Source of the DNA: Erysipelotrichaceae bacterium MTC7 | GTDB lineage: Bacteria; Bacillota_I; Bacilli_A; Erysipelotrichales; Erysipelotrichaceae | DNA: 32,000 bases | Assembly: GCA_001695645.1 (NCBI GenBank) | Contig: LVZN01000006.1 | Coordinates: forward strand, 30,001 to 62,000 | Direction: 5' to 3' | Shown: one piece after another, positions 25,565-32,000 of the stretch | How positions within the stretch are numbered: position 1 is the first letter of the stretch | Layout: every line of letters starts with the position of its first letter | Program-made: the position numbers and the translations under genes | Notes under the pieces: model-generated | Told to the model about the DNA's origin: nothing | Databases searched by the model: none | Seen by the model: only the letters and a program-made list of their open reading frames with translations

Positions 25565-26625
25565 TACGCGATTTCAGTCGATTCATCATTGAATGCACGA
25601 TATTCTAGTTGGACACTCAAATGACGATTGATATTTTGAAGTGCTTTAATAAAGGCTTCCTTGTCATAAATGGCAAGGTCTACATATGCATATACGGCTC
25701 CCATGGCTCCACCGATGCTTTTTGCGATCCCTTTTTCAAACAAAAGCTCGTTTAACTTCTTTTCAAGTGCTTGCCGATATAAGGCATCACTTTCATTTCC
25801 ATTTTGGTTTTTGTAGTAGACATAACCAAACTCTCCACCGAAGTCAAAAAATTCATGACTACTCACATATTGATCTTGTAAGCTTTCTGCAATCAAAATT
25901 GGATGTGTGGTAAAGATGATTTTCATATCTTGACGGACTTCGTCCTTAATTTTCTTTTCATCAAGTTTGTACACACGATAAATTTGTGTTGGATCTTGAT
26001 ACATTGGCCATTCGTGCTCATCCACAAGTTCCATCAACAATTCATAAAATTGTGAAAGGACCACTTGTGAACCACCATGGCGTTCTCTTGTGACTTCATA
26101 GCTTGCAATATACGCTTCTAGTGCACATTCACCAATGAATAATTGCAACATATAGACAGCTACTTCATTTGCTTTGTTGTCATCCATCACTGCAAATGCA
26201 TCACAGTATACCTCGCAGTGAACCGCTTTGGCAGTTTCGTCAATTTCATAATAGATCATGAAATCTTCGGCACTGTATTCTTGATCTTGCACACGTAAAA
26301 TCGTGTTGATTGCCTTTTCTGATAATGGAGGTAAATAACTATTTACAATCCATGTATCAAGAATTGCTTCGGGTGCATATGCTTTTAATAACACCCCTAT
26401 CAGTTGAACATTTTTATCTTGTCCACTTAAAAAGGTGATTTCATAACTATCCGCTTCTTTGGCAATTTCCAATTCAGAATTTGAAAACTCTTCAAAATAC
26501 GTACTTAGTATTTTGGTGATTTCACCAACTTCAGCAACATCATGAGCATCTAACGCACGTTCTAAATTGCTTCTTTCTTCTAAGAAGATTTTCCAAAAGC
26601 GAATGACTTGTTGTTTAATGTTCAT
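25564..26625 (-). CDS. acidic cytoplasmic protein of unknown function (about 353 aa)
   Basis: Start at MNIKQQVIRFWKIF, preceded by an AGAGAGGAAAAAAG RBS, overlapping the VanZ-like gene by 11 nt. No TM segment and no motif I recognise. Confidence 0.5.
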   Translation of the reverse strand: MNIKQQVIRFWKIFLEERSNLERALDAHDVAEVGEITKILSTYFEEFSNSELEIAKEADSYEITFLSGQDKNVQLIGVLLKAYAPEAILDTWIVNSYLPPLSEKAINTILRVQDQEYSAEDFMIYYEIDETAKAVHCEVYCDAFAVMDDNKANEVAVYMLQLFIGECALEAYIASYEVTRERHGGSQVVLSQFYELLMELVDEHEWPMYQDPTQIYRVYKLDEKKIKDEVRQDMKIIFTTHPILIAESLQDQYVSSHEFFDFGGEFGYVYYKNQNGNESDALYRQALEKKLNELLFEKGIAKSIGGAMGAVYAYVDLAIYDKEAFIKALQNINRHLSVQLEYRAFNDESTEIA

Positions 26626-27157
26626 CTTTTTTCCTCTCTGTGTGTAACCATCGATATACGATATATCCCAGCATTCCACCTAACGTATTCAAGATGATAT
26701 CATCGATATCACTAATTCCAACACGTAGTACATATTGTCCAAGTTCAATGTAAAATGATAACATGAAACTATACAGAATGACTTTTTTTAAGGATATTCG
26801 TTTTACAAAGTTGTGCAACATATAACCAAAGGGCATAAACCAAACAATGTTTCCTAAGATGTTGTACACCAAATACATAAACGATTGTAAGGGATACTGC
26901 AGGGCTGCATGTTTGTAGTTTTCTAACATTTGCACCATCGGAATCAAATTGATCACACCGGTTTCATTGGTAAAAAAACCTTCACGCACCACGGTTATAT
27001 AAAACAAATTGCACATATAAAACGCAAAAAGAAAAACATGCAGGATTCCCTTACGTTTTTCTTTTTTTGCTTGGTGGTAAATGAGCGTGAACCCACCTGC
27101 CACAATAAAGGACAGAAACAGACTATGCATCATTAAATCAACTATCCAATGTGTCAT
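26615..27157 (-). CDS. VanZ-like family membrane protein
   Basis: A polytopic 180-aa protein with the VanZ-type C-terminal block ISDIDDIILNTLGGMLGY. AAGGGGGA lies 6 nt upstream of the ATG, which is 16 nt after the rbfA stop. Confidence 0.75.
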   Translation of the reverse strand: MTHWIVDLMMHSLFLSFIVAGGFTLIYHQAKKEKRKGILHVFLFAFYMCNLFYITVVREGFFTNETGVINLIPMVQMLENYKHAALQYPLQSFMYLVYNILGNIVWFMPFGYMLHNFVKRISLKKVILYSFMLSFYIELGQYVLRVGISDIDDIILNTLGGMLGYIVYRWLHTERKKDEH

Positions 27158-27173
27158 CGTCTGTCCCCCTTAC

Positions 27174-27521
27174 TTATTTTTCCGTTTTGTGTAAATTTGC
27201 AATAATTTGTTCGATTTTATTACCTTGTTCCAATGATTCGTCTAAAACGAATTCAAGTTCAGGAACTTTACGCATCGATAACGTCTTTGCTAATTCACTA
27301 CGAATAAATCCTTTCGAACGGTGCAATGCATCCATTCCGGCTTCCTTACGCGCATCTTTTCCTAGAAAAGATACGTATACTTTTGCAACTGATAAATCAC
27401 TTGTTACTTTAACATCCATCACAGTAACAAATCCAACTTTTGGATCTTTTACGGCACGTTGAATGATTTCACTAATGTTTTTTTGAATCAGTCCGGCAAT
27501 TCTTTCTTTTTTAATACTCAT
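27174..27521 (-). CDS. rbfA: ribosome-binding factor A
   Basis: 115 aa with RIAGLIQKNISEII...DPKVGFVTVMDVKVTSDLSVAKVYVS, typical of RbfA. It lies immediately after infB. Confidence 0.9.
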   Translation of the reverse strand: MSIKKERIAGLIQKNISEIIQRAVKDPKVGFVTVMDVKVTSDLSVAKVYVSFLGKDARKEAGMDALHRSKGFIRSELAKTLSMRKVPELEFVLDESLEQGNKIEQIIANLHKTEK

Positions 27522-27523
27522 GA

Positions 27524-29359
27524 TTATTCCACCTCAACTTGTTGATCTTCAAAGGCTTCAATAATATCTCCTTCTTTAATATCGTTAAAGTTTTCAATGG
27601 TCATACCACATTCATATCCTGATGAAACTTCTTTTACATTGTCTTTAAAGCGTTGTAATGAACCAAGTTTACCTGTGTAGATCACAACTCCATCACGGAT
27701 CAAACGACAGCCACTATCACGACGAATGACACCGTCGGTAACCATACATCCGGCAATGGTTCCCACTTTACTAACTTTGTATGTTTCACGAACTTCTGCT
27801 TGTCCGGTAATGACTTCTTCATAGACAGGAGCAAGCATACCTTTCATGGCACTTTCCATTTCTTCGATAACTTTATAAATAATATTGTGAAGACGGATTT
27901 GCACACCTTCATCATCAGCTTTCTTGCGAACCGCTGCATTTGGACGTACGTTGAATCCGATAACGATAGCTTGTGAAGCACTTGCTAACATTATATCACT
28001 TTCTGTAATTGCACCTGCAGTTGAACGAATGACATTTACACGTACACCATCAACATCGATTTTCTCTAGTGATGATTTTACGGCTTCGGCACTACCTTGT
28101 ACATCTGCTTTTACAATCACGTTAATTGATTGGATTTCTCCTTCTTCAATTTGTTTTGCTAAATCTTCTAAAGACATGGCACTTGAAGCGTTACGTTCTT
28201 CTTCCACACGTGCTTGTAAACGAGCTTCGGCAATTTGACGCGCTTTCTTTTCTTGATCAAAGGCCTTGAATACATCCCCAGCAATTGGCACTGAATTAAG
28301 CCCGATGATTTCCACTGGTGTACTTGGACCAGCCGTTTTGATTTCACGACCTAAGTCATCCACCATTTTACGAACGTGACCAAAGGCTGTACCTACAACA
28401 ATGGCATCACTTGCATGAAGCGTACCGTTTTGTACAAGAAGTGTTGCAACCGCCCCACGTCCTTTATCAAGTTTTGCTTCAATTACCGTTCCGTTTGCCA
28501 TTTTGTGTGGGTTTGCTTTCAAGTCTTGCATTTCTGCAACAACCAAAATGTTTTCTAGCAATTCACCAACACCATCACCATTTCTAGCACTTACAGGAAC
28601 AAAGATTGTATCTCCACCCCATTCTTCTGGCATACATCCAAGTTCACTCATCTCAGACATAACACGTTCAGGGTTTGCCCCTTCTTTGTCCATCTTGTTG
28701 ACAGCAACAATCATTGGTACACCTGCTGCTTTGGCGTGGTCAACAGCTTCTTTGGTTTGTGGCATAACTCCATCATCCGCAGCAACAACGATAACGGTTA
28801 CGTCGGTGATTTTCGCTCCACGTGCACGCATGGCAGTAAACGCCTCGTGACCTGGAGTATCTAGGAATGTTACTTTTTTACCTTTTACTGTGACTTGGTA
28901 AGCCCCGATATGTTGGGTAATCCCACCAAACTCACCTTCCGTAACTTTTGTTTTACGAATGGTATCCAACAGTGTCGTCTTACCGTGGTCAACGTGACCC
29001 ATGATGGTAACAACAGGTGGGCGGTTTTCAAGAAGTTTTGGATCGTCTTCCTCTTCTAGTTCCTCAAAATTGTATTCTTCCACAATGTGTTCTTTTGTGA
29101 CTTCAATGTTAAACTCCATACCAATAAGTTCAACGGTTTCATCATCTAACACCGTATTAATGGTTGCCATATTCCCCATAAGGAATAAGAACTTAATAAT
29201 TTCCGATGCTTGTTTATGCATTAATTTTGCAAGTTCTCCTACAGTAGGTTGCCCACTGTATGTAATCTCAGTAACGAGTATTTCCGGCTTTTTAGGTTCA
29301 TGCCCTCGATTGTTATTACCTTTACGATTGTTATTTGGACGTCTTCTTGCTTTTGCCAT
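27524..29359 (-). CDS. infB: translation initiation factor IF-2 (short N-terminal region)
   Basis: G domain motifs [17 protein letters not shown] and NKMD, with a C-terminal IF-2 fold. AGGTGA RBS upstream. Confidence 0.95.
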   Translation of the reverse strand: MAKARRRPNNNRKGNNNRGHEPKKPEILVTEITYSGQPTVGELAKLMHKQASEIIKFLFLMGNMATINTVLDDETVELIGMEFNIEVTKEHIVEEYNFEELEEEDDPKLLENRPPVVTIMGHVDHGKTTLLDTIRKTKVTEGEFGGITQHIGAYQVTVKGKKVTFLDTPGHEAFTAMRARGAKITDVTVIVVAADDGVMPQTKEAVDHAKAAGVPMIVAVNKMDKEGANPERVMSEMSELGCMPEEWGGDTIFVPVSARNGDGVGELLENILVVAEMQDLKANPHKMANGTVIEAKLDKGRGAVATLLVQNGTLHASDAIVVGTAFGHVRKMVDDLGREIKTAGPSTPVEIIGLNSVPIAGDVFKAFDQEKKARQIAEARLQARVEEERNASSAMSLEDLAKQIEEGEIQSINVIVKADVQGSAEAVKSSLEKIDVDGVRVNVIRSTAGAITESDIMLASASQAIVIGFNVRPNAAVRKKADDEGVQIRLHNIIYKVIEEMESAMKGMLAPVYEEVITGQAEVRETYKVSKVGTIAGCMVTDGVIRRDSGCRLIRDGVVIYTGKLGSLQRFKDNVKEVSSGYECGMTIENFNDIKEGDIIEAFEDQQVEVE

Positions 29360-29367
29360 ATTGTCAC

Positions 29368-29661
29368 CTATCCTTTCTTCTTCATGATACTATTTGCAAA
29401 TCCACGATCTAAGATTCCCACTGCTTTCACATTGGCTCTACCAATCGCATTGCTTAGTGCTGCACTACTTCCATCAACGATGTATTTGACGTTGTAATAC
29501 TCACACTTATCCATAATTTTCTTCTTGGTGTTATCCGATGCATCTTCTGCGATAAGCACCAAATAACATTTCTTTGCACGAATTTTTTCAATTAATGTTT
29601 CCCCATAGGCAAGCTTGCGTGCAACATTTGCAATGCCTAATGTTCCATATATATTACTCAT
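29368..29661 (-). CDS. ylxQ: L7Ae-family RNA-binding protein YlxQ
   Basis: 97 aa, L7Ae/L30e-like (LVLIAEDAS...). The conserved position between ylxR and infB supports the call. Overlaps ylxR by 8 nt. Confidence 0.8.
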   Translation of the reverse strand: MSNIYGTLGIANVARKLAYGETLIEKIRAKKCYLVLIAEDASDNTKKKIMDKCEYYNVKYIVDGSSAALSNAIGRANVKAVGILDRGFANSIMKKKG

Positions 29662-29920
29662 GAACCAAACTTCTTAACTCATCATAAAGCGCATCATCAA
29701 TATCCACATTAAGTGCACGTTTGAGATACCCTTTCTTTTGTGCTAAATCAATGGCTTCTTTTGAGCGTTTCAAGTAGGCTCCGCGGCCGTTAGCTTTCCC
29801 GCTTTCATCCACAATCACCGTTTTTTCTGGTGTGCGGACCACGCGGATCAGTTCTTTTTTTGGAAGTTGTTCCTGTGTTGCGACACACTTACGTAGGGGA
29901 ATCTTGCGTTTTGTTTGCAT
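29654..29920 (-). CDS. ylxR: YlxR/DUF448 RNA-binding protein
   Basis: MQTKRKIPLRKCVATQEQLPKKELIRVV...GRGAYL is the YlxR signature. An AAGGAG RBS follows the nusA stop. The ATGs at 29923 and 29920 are both possible; the second is better spaced. The track's extension is nusA tail sequence read in another frame. Confidence 0.82.
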   Translation of the reverse strand: MQTKRKIPLRKCVATQEQLPKKELIRVVRTPEKTVIVDESGKANGRGAYLKRSKEAIDLAQKKGYLKRALNVDIDDALYDELRSLVHE

Positions 29921-29930
29921 CATGTACTCC

Positions 29931-31631
29931 TTATTTCTCTTCGTCGTAGTAATCATCGAATTCATCGAAATCGATGTCATCATCATAAACCCAATCTTTT
30001 TCTTCTTCTTGTTCTTGCGCTGCTTCAATTTCGGCAAGTTCTTCTTCCGTATAGATTGGTTTTAACTCGTAGTCTTTTTCATTTGGATCAAATGTAGGTT
30101 TCGTAATTGGTTCATCTTCCACAAACAATTGATCATCATCTGTTTTCTTCTTTTTCTTTTTCGGTTTCGCTTTTGGCGTTTCCTCTTTTTTCGTTTCTAG
30201 AATTGTTTCTAGTTTTGATTTATAGGCACGTTTTTCCTCTAAGTCGATTCCTTGTGCTTTCTTTTCTTTGGCAATACGGGCTGCACGTTCAAGTTCTGTT
30301 TCCACTTTTTCTTCAGCAGCTTCTTCAACTTTTTCAAGTTCTTTGTTGATTTCAACTTCAGCTTTTGATGGTTGTTCTTGTTTTTCAACAACGGTTTCTG
30401 GAACGAATTCTTCTTCGATGTATTCATCTGCGAATAACTCATCTACGTAATCAGCATCCATACCTGATGTTTCTGCTTCTTGTTTTTGACGTTCTTCGAA
30501 CACTTTCGCTTGTTCAATTTTACGTTTTTCTTCTTTTTCAGCAGCGATTGTAGCAGCTTCAGTAGCAGCGATGGTTTTCCAATCAATCTCCATATCTGCA
30601 GCATCACTTACGGATTTGATATCAATGGTTTGTCCTGTAAGTTTCACTGCAAGACGCGCATTTTTACCTTTTTTACCGATTGCTAGTGATAATTGATCAT
30701 CTTCAACAATGACCATCAAACCATTTTCACGGTTTGGATTCTTAATAACAGCTAAGATATCTGCTGGTGCAAGTGCATTTGCAATTAACTTGCTAACATC
30801 TTCACTCCATTCAAAGATATCAATTTTTTCACCTTTAAGTTCTTCGATAATAACTTGTACACGGCTTCCTTTTGGTCCAATACATGCACCAATTGGGTCA
30901 ATGTTTTCATTATGTGAATACACAGCCATTTTACAACGTTCACCTGCTTCACGGGCAATTGCTTTAATTTCCACAATTCCTTGGTAAATTTCAGGCACTT
31001 CTTTTTCAAACAAACGTTTCACTAACACAGGATCTGCACGGCTTACTAGCACTTGTGCTCCTTTTGTTTCTTTACTAACATCACTGATTACAACTTTAAT
31101 ATGTTGTCCTTCATGATATGTTTCACCTGGAATTTGTGCAACCATTGGCATTAATGCAATCGTGCGCCCAATGTTCACCAAGCAGAATTTTTCTTCTACA
31201 GTTTCAACAACTCCAGTTACGAGTTCTTCTAACTTATCGATGTACTCATCGTATACAGCTTGTTTTTGTGCTTCTCTGGTTTTTTGTTTCATGACGTTTT
31301 TCGCTAAGATAATGGCAATACGTCCAAATGAAGTAATATCTACTTCTTCCTCCACAAATTCACCAAGTGCAAAGTCTTCTCTGATTTTTTTAGCATCCTC
31401 CAAAGAAATTTCTAATTCATCATCTTCGACTTCTTCAACAACCAAACGTTGTGCAAACACTTTAATGTCTTTGTCTTCAAACGAAACACGTACATAAGCA
31501 TCTTGTAGTTCCACATGTTTACGGTAAGCTTTGGTTAATGCTTCCTCTAATGCTTCTTTGATTGTTTCTTCATCAATGTTGCGATCCTTTTCGATTTCTT
31601 GCATCGCCTTTACGACTTTTTTCAGTTCCAT
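29931..31631 (-). CDS. nusA: transcription termination/antitermination factor NusA with a long charged C-terminal extension
   Basis: The ATG at 31631 has AAGGAAGGA 7 nt upstream; the track's first codon is TTG. The NusA N-terminal, S1 and KH regions are present (IGACIGPKGSRV, AIGKKGKNARLA). About 220 Glu/Lys/Asp-rich residues follow. Confidence 0.92.
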   Translation of the reverse strand: MELKKVVKAMQEIEKDRNIDEETIKEALEEALTKAYRKHVELQDAYVRVSFEDKDIKVFAQRLVVEEVEDDELEISLEDAKKIREDFALGEFVEEEVDITSFGRIAIILAKNVMKQKTREAQKQAVYDEYIDKLEELVTGVVETVEEKFCLVNIGRTIALMPMVAQIPGETYHEGQHIKVVISDVSKETKGAQVLVSRADPVLVKRLFEKEVPEIYQGIVEIKAIAREAGERCKMAVYSHNENIDPIGACIGPKGSRVQVIIEELKGEKIDIFEWSEDVSKLIANALAPADILAVIKNPNRENGLMVIVEDDQLSLAIGKKGKNARLAVKLTGQTIDIKSVSDAADMEIDWKTIAATEAATIAAEKEEKRKIEQAKVFEERQKQEAETSGMDADYVDELFADEYIEEEFVPETVVEKQEQPSKAEVEINKELEKVEEAAEEKVETELERAARIAKEKKAQGIDLEEKRAYKSKLETILETKKEETPKAKPKKKKKKTDDDQLFVEDEPITKPTFDPNEKDYELKPIYTEEELAEIEAAQEQEEEKDWVYDDDIDFDEFDDYYDEEK

Positions 31632-31645
31632 GATCAATTCCTTCC

Positions 31646-32000
31646 TTAAACTTTAACTGACATACGAATGAGACTAATATTGTCTTTTTCAATCGTTACT
31701 TCTTTTTTTCTTGTTTTATCTACATATTCAACTACGACTTCATTTTCGTTTGCTTGACGTAAATATCCAATCACTTCATCCATTCCAGCTTTTGGATCTT
31801 TTAATTTCACGTAAACATAGGCATCGATTGCGCCGTTAATTTCTGCGTCGTTACGAAGTTCACGTTCTGCTCCTGGAGAACACACTTCTAGATAGTACTC
31901 ATAGTTAATGTTATCCAAAGCATCAAGCTTATCAGAAATGGCATTGCTGACTTTCGCACATGTATCCAAATCCATTTTTCCTGCCTTGTCTAAAATTGAG
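31646..32000 (-). CDS. rimP: ribosome maturation factor RimP (5' end outside the window)
   Basis: The frame stays open upstream of the track's Met to the window edge (SILDKAGKMDLDTCAKVSNAISDKLD). The LEVCSPGAEREL motif and the position before nusA support the call. Confidence 0.85.
   Translation of the reverse strand, partial: SILDKAGKMDLDTCAKVSNAISDKLDALDNINYEYYLEVCSPGAERELRNDAEINGAIDAYVYVKLKDPKAGMDEVIGYLRQANENEVVVEYVDKTRKKEVTIEKDNISLIRMSVKV

Noticed and set aside
29921-30037. Lys-rich N-terminal extension of the ylxR ORF (MPKLKQRKNKKKKK...)
   Set aside because: This is the nusA tail read in another frame. A canonical AAGGAG RBS and the conserved YlxR N-terminus start right after the nusA stop.
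27151-31497. Many plus-strand ORFs (for example 27151..27462, 27924..28238, 28503..28850, 29001..29387, 30107..30349, 31162..31497), often Ser/Thr/Leu-rich
   Set aside because: They are antisense shadows of rbfA, infB and nusA. The GAA/AAG-rich coding sequence gives TTC/CTT-rich open frames on the opposite strand. They have no RBS and no independent support.
1-32000. Searched for mobile elements, CRISPR repeats, tRNA/rRNA genes, toxin-antitoxin pairs and defence-system signatures
   Set aside because: I saw no direct or inverted repeat arrays, integrase or transposase motifs, nuclease/ATPase defence pairs or tRNA-like cloverleaf segments in the intergenic regions. All of those regions are short and accounted for by promoters, terminators or leaders.

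Overview
AT-rich, low-GC Gram-positive (Firmicutes-type) chromosomal window. All but one gene lie on the minus strand, and many are linked by 1-, 4- or 8-nt stop/start overlaps. I found no rRNA, tRNA, CRISPR array, transposase, integrase or recognisable defence gene; this is mostly core metabolism and housekeeping. Reading the minus strand from 32000 down to 1: (1) rimP(partial)-nusA-ylxR-ylxQ-infB-rbfA, extended by three co-transcribed accessory genes (a VanZ-like protein and two proteins of unknown function) and closed by a terminator. (2) The conserved yqeG-yqeH-yhbY-nadD/yqeK(fused)-rsfS-methyltransferase cluster, running on into mtnN, a membrane-anchored protein, dnaD, nth, lspA, rluD, a rhomboid protease, dCMP deaminase, a small membrane protein and an HI0933-type flavoprotein. 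(3) One small plus-strand gene. (4) A [FeFe]-hydrogenase maturation operon: TM1266-type regulator, hydE, hydG, hydF and a translationally coupled orphan PTS EIIB-like gene. It sits behind a structured leader that I cannot assign to a known riboswitch class, and no structural hydrogenase gene is in the window. (5) metF, a separate MetH activation-domain protein, and a short-form B12-dependent metH. (6) A cobalamin riboswitch controlling a membrane-anchored DUF4430/transcobalamin-like protein and an S-component-like membrane protein. (7) A cytoplasmic GH13 alpha-amylase. (8) A probable Met-specific T-box leader controlling metY-metA (metA is partial and missing from the ORF track). The most unusual content is the hyd operon, specifically its unclassified terminator/antiterminator leader and the EIIB-like fifth gene. 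The three genes appended to the nusA-infB operon come second. All functional assignments rest on motif recognition by eye; no database search was possible.
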